Positions 15,311 through 28,315 of a stretch of DNA of 64,000 nt are shown piece by piece. Origin of the DNA: the human T2T-CHM13v2.0 reference genome, Homo sapiens; assembly GCF_009914755.1 (NCBI RefSeq), contig NC_060930.1. One strand, given 5' to 3'. Made by a program: the position numbers and the translations under genes. How positions within the stretch are numbered: the stretch's first letter is position 1; every line of letters begins with the position of its first letter. Under the pieces are notes generated by a model, which saw nothing but the letters and a program-made list of their open reading frames with translations, did no database searches and was not told where the DNA came from.

Positions 15311-17885
15311 CCTATTCTAATAATTTTTAACTAGATGATCCATTTGACAATATTTTTAGATGATCTATTTTAAGAATGTACATTTATTCATTTTTCCCTC
15401 AGGAAACTTTTGCCAGAAACTCACAGAGTTTTTCAAAAAGGATGAGGTTACGGTTACCACTTTCACCTCTTTTTACAGTTTAAACTTTGGAACTTGTCCC
15501 TTTGAGTCTGAGATAATTATGAATGACCTTGACTTGTTAACTCTGCTACTTTTTTGGAAGACATTCCCTATATAAACTTACTGTAAACAAAGAAATGAAC
15601 AGATTTCTCCCCTCACCAAATTTACAGATTTTAAAAACATTTCTGATGGGATCTCCCAGACTATTTCACTTACAACACTGGTTTTCCACCATCCCTTTCT
15701 AGCTCAAGTTCTTTTTCCTTTCTTACAACAGGAAACAATGCAATTGTTCTAGTTGCCATTTCCTGCTTCATGTTGATCTGCATGCCAGTGTGTCTATAGT
15801 GGTGCTTGGCTCTTTCTGCCTAATAATTCCTTTTAATTTATATTGGCACTCTATCATGACTTTGAACTTTAAAGCCAAGCAGATAATATTCTGAATCACT
15901 AATTTTCCATGAAGTCATGTGAGAAACACTTTAAGTGAACCGTTCCGGATCAGGGTGACACGCTGCTTTGCTACCTTTCCAACTGGCACCATGTTGCCGC
16001 CTTTGGGACATTCTTTAGGGCCAGTGCTCCTGGACTATTTTGCAGTTAATTCTTTTATTTTTCCTTTCCTTATAAAAGAACCACATGCCTCCAATGGTGC
16101 TCCAAACTTCAGAACAAAAGTATTTCAGTTGATAGCAATCTTACAGTCAAGCAGCACATAATATTACAAAGGATTTTAATAATCTTGAGTAACAGTCTGT
16201 TCACAGGGATGACTATCTCCTAGTGAAATCACTTTAAGAAAGCAGTGAGTCACTGGTGGGTGTTATAATAAACAGCCACACTAACAGGCAGTATAACAAA
16301 GGAAAGGCAACATAATATTCCTCAAACGGAGTTAAGATAGACCAGATCTTAGAATAACTCAGCCATGACTAAAATTGGGCTCACAATGAAACAAAATACA
16401 ATGGAATTATCTGATGACTCGAAGGTTCCTTGACTGCTGTTTTGTACACTGTGCTGATTACATATTCCGTATTGAATAATGTGAACAAACAAATTAAGGA
16501 ATGCACGAGGACAAAAATAAATAATATTGCCAAAGCAAACAAAGCACGAAGACCTGGTAAATATCAGCAGGTGGCCAATCTGCACCTCACACCCACCCTA
16601 CCTTAACACCTAGAAATCATTTATTCCACATCTGTATGTATTTGTACCCAACTTAACTGGAATGTCATTTAACACCACAGTGCAATTCTGCCATTGTGTA
16701 GGTTTTAGTCTGTGAGGCCTGTTCCTTGAGAAGGTGTTTATTTCTCTGATTACTTTGCCTGCACTTGGACTAGAGTGGGAGAGATACTTTGACTCATGAT
16801 AGGAACCCAAAAGGATGGTCAACAGTGATTTACATATTAATCTATTCAATTTCACTTTGAAAAAGATAAGGATATCTTTAATCATAACATCCTGGTCACT
16901 ATATATGAAGATGACATACATTCCAAAATACAAAATGTAAACACATACAGAATGCTAAATATTATTAATGTAACCCTAACTTTAACATGCTGTACTGAAT
17001 GAAACACTTCTAACCTGCCTAAAAACCAAGTACCCTCCAGTGCACTTAGACTCGTAATTAAATAACTTTGCAGCTAGTGCTATGAATATTTTGCACTATA
17101 GGATTATGACCTTATTCATTCTGCTGGCAAAGGAATTCCAAACAAGTTCCCTCCTTTTCCGAGTATTTCTTTTCCCTACTGCAAAACCTGCATAAGCTAG
17201 AGGAAAAGAAAATTTAATTAAACACTTGGTTTATGAGTTACACTTCAGTATCATCTTTTTTATTTTTAATTAGATGTAGAAATACTCTCCTTCTTAATGA
17301 CAGCCCGATGCTACAGCAAGCAAGATCTTGTGGGTCTGAACAGACGTTCACTAGCCTGCTGGCTGTCATCACAAAGGATGACTGATGATATTTTTCCTAA
17401 TATAAAGCTTAAAAAGTTAAATGTCAAACCATATGTCACATTTAAATATATATTTCGTAAAAAGCCAACAAGTTTGTTATTGTGGTTTTCAGATAGAAAT
17501 TGTTCTTGGAGCCCTGTTGGGTAGCCATGCTCACAGCAGCACAGTCTCACTAAAATGAAGTACAGACTCGCTCAAGTTCAAAGACTGTGTTTAGGCTGCC
17601 ACCAGGAGAGAGATGCTTAGATACCTTAGCAGCAAATCCTCTTTACCTTGGAGGCTTTTTTTGTTTTGAAATGAGGTAAGTTGTGCCTCATGATCATTTT
17701 AAATTCGAAAAGCTACTAAAACATATTGAACCTAGCATGGAATAAAAGAAGGTGGTAATCAATGTACTTCAGCTCCAATAAACTTTCTCCACATTTAAAT
17801 AACATTACTTATATTACACTTTCACTACAGAGATAAAAAATCTGAAATAGGAACTATAAATAGGTACCAGTTGTTAAATATTGCT

Positions 17886-18187
17886 TTTATTTATTTTTTT
17901 AAGACAGGTCTCACTCTGTTGCCCAGGCTGGAATGCAGTGGTGCAATCATGACTCACTGTGGCCTTGACCTCCCTGGGCTCAGAAGATCCTCCTACCTCA
18001 TTCCCCCAAGTAGCTGGGACTACAGTCACAGAGCTACCACGCCTGGTTAATGGTTTTTTTTTTTTTAAATAGAGACGGGTTTTGCCCTGTTGCCTAGGCT
18101 GGTCTTGAACTCCTGGGCTCAAGCTATCTACCTGCCTCAGCTTCCCAAAGTGCTGGGATTACAGGCATGAGCCATCATGCCCAGCCT
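17886..18187 (-). mobile_element. AluJ
   Basis: Antisense dimer with J-type gggctcaag. TSD ~aatattgct. Confidence 0.92.
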
Positions 18188-19141
18188 TAATATTGCTAAT
18201 CTCAATAAGCATTTAGCTGCACAAGGCACTGTTTTAAAAGCCAAGAGGGGATGAACAGAAATAAGACAAATCCTCTTTGGTCTCTTATTTTGTGTAAATT
18301 GAATCATATTCTTTGTAAGTATGGGGAATATTCATTCTACTTCACTCCTGTTGTCCCAATGTAATTATTAATAGGCCTCCTTTCACAGCCAAGTGTTTTG
18401 GATGAGAAATCATGTGGTCGCCCTATTTACAAAGAATATTTGTAATCAAACTTATCATAAGCTTTCCAAAACAATGAAAATTCCCTTAGACAGCCAAGGC
18501 CATCCAAATCTTCAGATATTTTTCTGACAATTTTCTGATTCTGTATTCTACTTATCTGCCTCATGCATTAATAACATAATATTCTGACCAGAGATTAGCA
18601 CTGGATTCCATTTTCTCTACTTCATTAATTGCTTTCATGTAAAACAGTCTAATTTCTTCAATAAGATTAATATGCCCCTGAAAATAGTTTTATACTTCTG
18701 TTGTCTCCCTCTCAAGTATGGCATAGTGGGCATACACAGTGGGCTCTCAATAAATCATTTAAAACTCATAATAGTTTTACATTAAATTAAGGATCATTCT
18801 AAGCCATTACAATAATGTTACAGAATTTAACATAATCACTGAGGGATCTTTGAGGAACAATTCAGAATAAAGTCAAGTAAATTCAAACTGAGGGATTATA
18901 GCTTGAGTAGGGAACTAATAACTGTATCCTGCATTATTACGGTACGTTTGCGGGGTGAGGGGAAACTAAAAGGAATCCACTTCTATGACTGTCATGAAGC
19001 CCAGGAGTTCTGGAGGGAACTGCATTCCATTCTGAATTTTCTGGTTACAATCCCTGTCTTCTCTCTTCAACCTCAACTGAAAACCCATACTCAAGAGGCC
19101 TCAATCTGTGCCCTCTTATTCTTGGCAAATGGCAAAGCCAA

Positions 19142-19266
19142 CTATGTAGGAGGCTTTTTCAGAGGAGAAAACGACTTTGTTTTTCCAAGACAAACCCTCC
19201 ACTTTGCTTTATGAGGCAGATAGCAGCCCCAAACCATGGATAGGTTGGGGCCTGCGCAGACCTCAA
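19142..19266 (-). ncRNA. SCARNA27: Intronic box H/ACA guide RNA (SCARNA27) in EEF1E1 intron 3
   Basis: Minus strand reads hairpin 1 (GAGG...GCCCCAA/TTGGGGC...CCTC), H box AAAGCA (19210-19205), hairpin 2 (GGAGG...GGAAAAAC/GTTTTCTCC...CCTCC) and ACA (19147-19145) 3 nt from the end. Same strand as the host. The name comes from my recollection that SCARNA27 is hosted in EEF1E1. Confidence 0.9.
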
Positions 19267-19965
19267 TTATTACGGTATTTTACAGTTTATAAGACAAAGA
19301 GCTTCCCCACACATTAAGACACTTCAGTCAGAAGATCTGAAAGTTTGGCCCTTCCAAAAACTGAGCGCCGTGCCTTTAAACCACTCAAGTTTCCTAAGCA
19401 TTAGTTTCTTTCTCTGTAAAAGAAGGCCAATAACACTGGTCCTATTTCCTTCTTAGTGATGAGGTACAGTGAGAAAGTATAGAGGAAACTCCTTGAAAAG
19501 CATAGAGAAATACGTTTAAAAATTTATTCAGTGTTTATGGAGGGGTGACCACCTACACATGCCAGGAATTACCTCAGACAATGGTGTTACAAATATGTGT
19601 CGCTACAATCATTGAGTCAAACAGCTTATAATTTAGAGAGATTTTCAAAGAATTACAGTAAGAGTGAAATGAGCTAGACCCGAAGTGTACATGAGGTACA
19701 AACACACACAGAGGAAGGAGCACCTCAATGTGGTTTAGGCGCCTGAGAGAGATGCAGCCGAGGAATGAGTGGGAACCGAGAGATACTTGGGAAATGCAAA
19801 TGAAGTGGAGAGGAAGGGAAGGGCTGGGACCAGGGAACAAAAGAGAAGAGTAATGCAAGGATGCTGGGTAGAAACAGCCCAGCATACAGCAGGCTCTGGG
19901 GCACATGTTGTGGCTGAGAGAATGACGGGAAGGAGGATAGCAAGGGAGGCAGGAGTCAGATGAAT

Positions 19966-20386
19966 TAAGACAGGGTTTCACTCTTGTCGCCCAAGCTGGA
20001 GTGCCTTGGTGCGATCTCTGCTCAGGGCAACCTCTTCCTCCTGGGTTCAAGCAATTCTCCTGCCTCAGCCTCTGGAGTAGCTGGGATTTCAGGCATGCGC
20101 CACCACGCCTGGCTGATTTTTGTAGTTTTACTAGAGATGGGGTTTCACCATGTTGGCCAGGCTGGTCTCGAACTCCTGACCTCAGGTGATCCACCTGCCT
20201 TGGCCTCCCAAAGTGCTGGGATTACAGGCGTGAGCCACCGCGCCCAGCTAAGTTTTGTATTTTTAGTAGAGATGGGGTTTCGCCATGTTGGCCAGGCTGG
20301 TCTCAAACTCCTGACCTCAAGTGATCTGCCCGCCTTGGCCTCCCAAAGTGCTGGGATTACAGGGGTGAGCTACTGTGCCTGTCTGA
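19966..20386 (-). mobile_element. Alu with an extra left monomer (L-L-R), no poly-A tail
   Basis: Two successive linker plus left-arm blocks (~20117-20249 and ~20250-20386). Confidence 0.88.
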
Positions 20387-21078
20387 GTTGATTATTTTGA
20401 GAAAGAAAAAGACATGGTCATGAGAAAGACTGCTCCAGGGGCCACCAAGCTCATCTCTTACAGTCCATCCTCTTTAGATGAACAAAAGATTCTAAATACT
20501 GGAACTTGGGCAATGTCATTGGATCACAGGAAAAGACACATGTGAGAGGCATTTAGGAGCTGGAAATCAGGATCTGATTGACTGGATGCATGAGGTGCAC
20601 AATGCACAAAAACACATGAGTTCTTTTTTTTCCACAGGGGGAAGATGGGTGTTGGGGTGATGGGGAGTTGAGCCAAGCTTGTAGGCAGAGAGATGGTCAT
20701 AACAAAGCACATATTCTGGGGCCAAAGTGTCTGGTTTCTGGACCTCGTTCCACCACTTACTTGGGCAATCTCAAAGAAAACACTTGACCTCTCTACGCCT
20801 CAGTTATCTCATCTGTAAAATGGGGCTGATATTATTAGTGCCTACCCTATATGGCTGTTATTAGGATTAAATGAGTCAACATTTGTACAGCATGAAGAAC
20901 AGTGCCAAGAACATAGTGAGTATCATGTCATCGTTCATGAACAAATTTAAAATAAAGAGACTGATCATGTAGGTAGTGGACAAGATTGAAGGAAAAAAAA
21001 GGAAATACAATCTGGAGCAAGATCCAGAAAAGGGGCAGGAGGCAGAGAGGAGATTCAGGTAAGAGGCCAGATGAATGG

Positions 21079-21452
21079 TGATATGGTTTGGCTGTGTACC
21101 CACCCACATCTCATTTTGAAATGTAAATTCCACAATTCCCACATGTCACAGGAGGAACCTGGTGGGAGGTAATTGAATCATGGGGGTAGGTCTTCCCTGT
21201 GCTGTTCTTGTGATAGTGAATAAGTCTCATGAGATCTGATGGTTTTATAAGTGGGAGTTCCCCTGCACAAGCCCTCTCTGCCTGCTGCCATCCATGTAAG
21301 ACATGACTTGCTCCGACTTGCTCCTCCTTGCCTTCCACCATGATTGTGAGGCTTCCCCAGCCACTGTTAAGTCCATTAAACCCTTTTTCCTGTATATATA
21401 TTACCCAGTCTCAAGTATGTCTTTATCAGCAGCGTGAAAATGGACTAATACA
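21079..21452 (+). mobile_element. THE1 (MaLR) solo LTR
   Basis: tgatatggtttggctgtgt...ggactaataca. 5-bp TSD AATGG on both sides. Confidence 0.92.
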
Positions 21453-22034
21453 AATGGTTTGGCCTAGGAAAAAGGCAAGGCTGAGACCAGGAAAAGGAGA
21501 CAAGATAAGACAAGGATGCACAATCAGGCAGGCTGGAAGATGAAGGGATTCAGATGAACAGCCTCCATTTTTCTAGCCGAATAATGGAGGAAGGCTCGGT
21601 GATAAGGACTAAAGATAAAGGAGGAGGGAGAAGGAAGGGGCTTAAGGAAGGAAGTAAAGGTTTGGAAGTATCCCTGGGAGAAAAAAAAAAAAGGAGCTGA
21701 GCCAGTATGAGAGCCCAGCTGCAAATGGATAGTAAACATTTTTAGTGGCAGTAATCTACAGTGTTGTAATTTCTCCAGTAGAGCTCAGCTTGGATCTTGG
21801 ATGTAAGAATGAAGACATTTATTTGGACTGGCCAAGAGCCGGGAACTTACAGGGAAAGGGTGGTGACTGTAGGGTAAAGCAAAGGAGCTGAAGATACTAA
21901 GAGGACGTAGCTGAAGTTACACAAAAGGGGGTCAGGTTGGGTGGGGAAGAAAGTATACAGATTTGGAAAAGAGGAGTCAAATTACATCAGACAGAAATTA
22001 GACACTAAGAGATCAAAAGAGCTAAGATAAGCGG

Positions 22035-22473
22035 TGTATTAGTCAGGGTTCTCTAGAGGGACAGAATTAATGGAATACATAAATATATAAAGGGGAGTTT
22101 ATTAAGTATTAACTCACACAATCACAAGGTCCCACAACAGGCCATCTTCAGGCTGAGGAGCAAGGAGAGCCAGTCCGAGTTCCAAAACTGAAGAACTTGG
22201 GAGTCTGATGTTTGAGGGCAGAAAGCATCCAGCACGGGAGAAAGACGTAGGCTGGGAGGCTAAGCCAGTCTAATCTTTTCATGTTTTTCTGCCTGCTTTA
22301 TGTTTGCTGGCAGCTGATCAGATGGTGCCCACCCAGATTAAGGTTGGGTCTGCCTTCCCCAGCCCACTGACTCAAATGTTAATCTCCTTTGGCAACACCG
22401 TCACAGACACACCCAGGATTAATACTTTGCGTCTTCAATACAATCAAGTTGACGCTCAGTATTAACCATCACA
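22035..22473 (-). mobile_element. MLT2A (ERVL) solo LTR
   Basis: tgtattagtcagggttctctagagggacag...attaaccatcaca. TSD agcgg/agtgg. Confidence 0.9.
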
Positions 22474-22713
22474 AGTGGTTACACAGAAGATGGGGTACTG
22501 GAGTTAAGATCTAGAGGTGGAATGGTAGGAATATGGGGCCCAGGGGATGATGACAAAACCTAAAGTGTGGCTGGAGAAGTCACTGCTGAAGAAGGGCAGA
22601 AGCATAGGAAAAAAATCAAGGTCAAGGAAAAGGAAGCAACTGAAAGGAATTCCTTTCATTTTTATCTGATAAGCTGAAAATGCAAATCTGATTTAAATTC
22701 AAGACAAAGTTTT

Positions 22714-22780
22714 TTTTAATTTTATTATTATTATACTTTAAGTTTTAGGGTACATGTGCACAACGTGCAGGTTTGTTACA
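22714..22780 (-). mobile_element. Very short L1PA 3'-end insertion
   Basis: ttattattatactttaagttttagggtacatgtgcacaacgtgcaggtttgttaca is the reverse complement of the primate L1 3' terminus. Confidence 0.92.
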
Positions 22781-22920
22781 AAAGGCACCTTGTATAAAGG
22801 AATTCCTTTCATTTTTATTTGATAAGCCAAAAATGCAAATCTGATTTAAATTCAAGACAAAGTTTTAAAAATCATTCTCAACACTACAGAAAAAAAGCCA
22901 GTAACTATACAAATACTCAC

Positions 22921-23016
22921 TATAAAGCGATGAAGTCCATAGTACAATAGTATATCTGCTAATGTAAAGTTATACCCTGTAAGGTAGACTTTATCTTCAA
23001 GATATGAATTAAGATC
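22921..23016 (-). CDS. EEF1E1: EEF1E1 coding exon 3, aa 97-128 (GST-C-like region)
   Basis: Acceptor ttcttttttctag|GAT. Translates DLNSYLEDKVYLTGYNFTLADILLYYGLHRFI, including the GST-C-type 'TLAD' N-cap motif. Donor ATA|gtgagt. 96 nt. Confidence 0.98.
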
Positions 23017-23389
23017 CTAGAAAAAAGAAAAAACAAATAAATATTAATGTAAAAAACAGTAATAATAAAGTTAATTATCATATCATGACTTAAAACATTT
23101 AGGCTACTAGAAAACAAAATATTGCCATTTAATAAATTTACTCTTTGACATTAATATTCATTCAAAATCACAAATAATACGCCAGTCACCTCATTTTAAA
23201 AAAATTGGCTAAACATTACTAGTCTTAAATAAACAAGAAAACATTAGAAAATGATATTCAAAGTGCCATCTATGATCATGTTAAAGTCTAGCTTTTTGTT
23301 TTTGGAAACATTTTGTTACTCATGCTCATTAGTTACACTTATTTTTTCCATTAAAATACAAAAATTCCCCAACAATTTCAATCTCTTTA

Positions 23390-24310
23390 GAGAATTCTAA
23401 GAAACTCTATATCCATGAAACAATAATTCACCCATTTCCCCTTGCCTCTAGGTCCTGGCAACCACGATTCTACCTTGTTTCTATGAATGTGACTACTTTA
23501 GATACCTCATATAAGTGCAGTCATAGACTATATGTACTTTTGTGACTGGCTTGTTTCACTGAATGTAAAGTTCCTCCATGTAGCATGCAGCACATGTCAG
23601 GATTTCCTTCTTTTTTAGGGCTGCATAATATTCCACTGTATGTACAGATCATATTTTATCGATTCCTGTGTCTATAGACATAGTTGTTTCCACTTCTTGG
23701 CTACTGTAATGCTGCTGTGAACAGGAGCGTACAAACATCTCTTCAAAACCATGCTTTGAATTCTTTTGGGTATATACTTACAAGTACAATTGCTGGACCA
23801 TATGGTAATTCCATTAATTTCTTGAGGAAGTGCTATTCCTGCTTTTCATAGCAGTTGCACATTTTACATTCCCACCAACAATGCACAAGGGTTACAATTT
23901 CTTCATATCCTCACCAACACATGTTGTGTTGCTCTGTGGGATTTTTTTTGGTAGTAGCCATCCTAATGGGTGTGAGATGATATCTCACTGTAAACATGAT
24001 CTACATTTCCCTAATGATTAGTGATTCCAGCATCTTTTCATATGCTTGCTGGCCACTGGTATATCTTCTTTGGCTAAATGTATACTAAAGTCCTTTGCCA
24101 CTTTTGAAATCAGGATATTGGGTTTGTTTGTTGCTGAGCTGTAGGAGTTCTTCACATATTCTGAATATTAACCCCTTATCAAACATATGATTTACAAATA
24201 TTTTCTCCTACTCTATGGGCTGCCTTTTCACTCTGTTGTCTCCTTTGATTGTGTCCAGAAATGTTTAATTTTGACATAGTCCAATTTATCTATTTTTACT
24301 TTTGTTAGAG
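23390..24310 (-). mobile_element. Old L1 (L1M) 3' fragment
   Basis: Antisense L1 motifs such as cattttacattcccaccaacaatgcacaagg and ttaccccttatcaaacatatg-like sequence. Confidence 0.8.
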
Positions 24311-24621
24311 GTATTTTCTGGCAGAACAGCATGAATACGTCAATTTCCTGAGATGGAAAATGTTGGCTTCTCTTAAAATTAACACTTAATTTAGCAGAAC
24401 AGGAATTTACATTGAATTATAGTCAATTAAGTGAAACAACAGATTCATAAAACCTTCAGAGAAAGGTTTTGTAAATGAGTTATATGAACTATTATTAAAT
24501 ATTCTTTGAGGCTCCTCTAAGGACTAGATATAAAAAACTGTCCAGTGATAAACAGCATTTATTCTAGAAGAATTCCTTAAACTATAGAGAGGGCATTTTG
24601 TTCCGATTCTCAAATCACATC

Positions 24622-24973
24622 TGTCTTAGTCCACTTGGGCAACTATAATAGAATACATAGACTGGGTGGCATGTAAACAAAAGAGATTTATTCCTCACAG
24701 TTCTGGAGGCTGGAAGTCTAAGATGAAGGTGATGGCAGATGCAGTGTCTGGTAAGGGCTTGCTTCCTGGTTCACAGGCAGCTGTCTTTTCACTTGGTGGA
24801 AGGGGTGAGGTCTCTCTCAGGCCTTTTATTAGGGCAATAATTCCATTCATGAAGGCTCTGCCTCCAGGACCTAATCACCCCCAAAGACCCCACTTCCTAA
24901 CTCCATAACTTTGGGGGTTAGAATTTTAACATATAAATTTGGGGAGGGGGAGTCAACCATTCAGACCATAGCA
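24622..24973 (-). mobile_element. MLT1A-like MaLR solo LTR
   Basis: tgtcttagtcc...cagttctggaggctggaagtc...cagaccatagca. Perfect TSD ACATC. Confidence 0.88.
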
Positions 24974-25597
24974 ACATCCCAAAGTATCTGGAATATAGTG
25001 GTTCAGCAATCAGTAAAAAATGTTTGCAGAATATAGTGGTTCAGCAATCAATAAAAAATGTTTGCAGAATTGAATTTAATCTCTTTGAGTTTGCAAACAA
25101 AGTTAACATGATACATACTCAACATGAAGATAATGATGAAGACCTTTATGATAATCTACTTCCACTTAATAAAGAGTAAACACATTTTCTCTGATGATTT
25201 TCATTTAAAGACAGTCAGTCATTTTCAAAATGGTATATGAATATGAGCCCCTAAAGGTGGTACAGATAAGAACATAAAGGAATATGGACACAAATGAGAC
25301 AGGCATGGAAGAATCAAAATAAAATTTGGCTGGAAAGGGTAGAATGTATTGGTATATTAGGGACTACCACTTAAATTTTATGGTACTCTGTTGAATGGAG
25401 ATGATTTCTCTCCAAATATCTTCAGAGAAATCAACTTTGAGAAAGTACAAGAAATAAAATATCTTCATTAAATTTCAAATAAAATAAATACATCTTCATT
25501 TAATTTCAAGAAGTATTTAAAGACCTGAAACAATAACAGTTTTGTATATTTTTTCCAAAAACAGAATCTATATCCGTGTTTTGTGTTTTAGTGATAA

Positions 25598-25912
<315 letters not shown>

Positions 25913-26539
25913 AAGACTCTTAAAAATGTAGTTTTTATAAACTATGATTAGGTAATATTTTCTGGGTTCATGATATAAATAAAATCTTTACTACCAAAAG
26001 ACAGAGTTTCACACACATTCAAAATATTCACAGATGAGAACTAATTATGTCTGACATTCGCTTCCTTTTTTTTTTTTTTTACAATTCTTTCTGATGCCAT
26101 TGTCAAACTGTTAAATACTTCCCCTACAATTCCACCTGATTTTTCTTTTTCCTTCCATCTATTAAATTTTCTAATAATACAAAAAAGTTGAAAAAGCAGT
26201 AAAATAAACAACTATATACCCTCCATCTAGACTCAACAAATGTTAGTGTTTTGTAATGCCTGCTTTTTGAAATTATATACTACCTTATTTATGAGGCATT
26301 TAAACTTAGCATTGTGGTTTTATGGTTTTACCACTGAAATGGCACTTTGACAAATAAGAATTAAACCCTTTCATAATATCCTAAAAGGAAGAGTTTTAAA
26401 AATAAATAATAAAAACCTATACAGCCCAGTACAAACACAGGCAAGGAATACATGTAAGTGAATTTTTAAAAATAATAAAATAGCTAATAAGCAGTATGAA
26501 AACGACACATTAATAATTGTATTAAAAAAAAAAGCAAAT

Positions 26540-26836
26540 AATTTTTTTTTTTGAGACACAGCCTCGCTCTGTTGCCCAGGCTGGAGTACAGTGGAGTGAC
26601 CCTGGCTCACTGCAACCTCCGCCTCCCAGGTTCAAGTGATTCTCCTGCCTCAGCCTCCTGAGTAGCTGGGACTACAGGTGCGTGCCATCACGCCCAGCTA
26701 ATTTTTCTGTTTTTAGCAGAGATGGGGGTTCCACCATGTTGGCCGGGCTGATCTCGGACTCCTAACCTCAAGTGATCTGCCTGCCTCGGCCTTCCAAAGT
26801 GCTGGGATTTCAGGCGTGAGCCACCGCATGCGGCCT
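26540..26836 (-). mobile_element. Alu (AluS)
   Basis: Antisense dimer. Confidence 0.93.
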
Positions 26837-27051
26837 CAAACGAATAATTTTTAAATTTTCTTGTTTTGGTAATTAAATTGGGGTAGTGAAGGAGAAAGAG
26901 GTAATACCATGTTAGTTTTGTGGAAGAGGCCACTCTTATATGCTATGATACTATAATAATGTACTTTTCTGGAGGACAAATGAGCAACATAGCTTTAAAA
27001 ATATATAGCTTTTAGCCTAGCAGTTTCTCTTGCAGGAATTTAGCCTAAGGA

Positions 27052-27322
27052 CGCCAGGTGCGGTGGCTCACTCCTGTAATCCCAACACTTCAGGAGGCCG
27101 AGGCGGGTGGACCACTTGAGGTTAGGAATTCGAGATCAGCCTGGCCAACATGCTGAAACCCCATCTCTACTAAAAATACAAAAAAAATTAGCTGGGTGTG
27201 GTGGCATACACCTGTAATCCCAGCTACTTGGGAGGCTGAGGCAGGAGAATTGCTTGAACCTGGAAGGCAGAGGTTGCAGCCTGTGTGACAGAGCAAGACT
27301 CTATTTTAAAAAAAAAAAAAAA
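27052..27322 (+). mobile_element. Alu (AluS) with a ~30-bp deletion in the right arm
   Basis: aggttgcag|cctgtgtgacag junction removes the tgagccgag...actccag segment. Confidence 0.9.
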
Positions 27323-27416
27323 ATTAGGCTAAGGAAACAAATGGGAATGTGCTCAAGTATTTAGCAACAATCTAGTAACTACCCAGGGATAGATAATTTA
27401 AATTGTGGTACAATTA

Positions 27417-27846
27417 CAGCTTAAACCTTGAACAACGCAGGTTGGAATTGCACAGGTCCACTTAAACACAAATTTTCTTCTACCTCTGTCACCCAAGAGA
27501 GTAAGACAAACCCGTGCTCTTCTTCCTCCTCCTTAGCCTACTCAATGTGAAGTGAAGACTATGAGGATAAAGAGCTATATGACAATCCACTTCCACTTTA
27601 TGAATAGTAAACGTATTCCCTCCGCCTTATGATTTTCTTAATAATATTCTTTTCTCTAGCTTACTTTAAGAATACGGTATATAATACACATAAAATACAA
27701 AATATGTATTAACTGACTTTATGTTACAGGTAAGGCTTGCAGTTAACAGTAGGCTATTAGCAATTGAGTTTTTGGGGAATCAAAATTATACATGGATTTT
27801 CAACTGCTCAGGGTGTCATTGCCCTGCACTGTTTAAGGGTCAACTA
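27417..27846 (+). mobile_element. Tigger2a/MER28-type non-autonomous DNA transposon
   Basis: TIR-like ends cagcttaaaccttgaacaac and gtttaagggtcaacta, with TA flanks. A related internal fragment lies at ~25116-25200. Confidence 0.8.
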
Positions 27847-27863
27847 TATATGATGCAACGCTA

Positions 27864-28315
<452 letters not shown>

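Noticed and set aside
15700-16700. Long apparently non-repetitive intronic stretch with short ORFs
   Set aside because: No recognisable protein, RNA fold or repeat. It could be conserved non-coding DNA or an ancient TE, but this needs an alignment.
19574-20194. Longest ORF in the track (206 aa)
   Set aside because: Alu plus L2-derived low-complexity translation with no gene signals.
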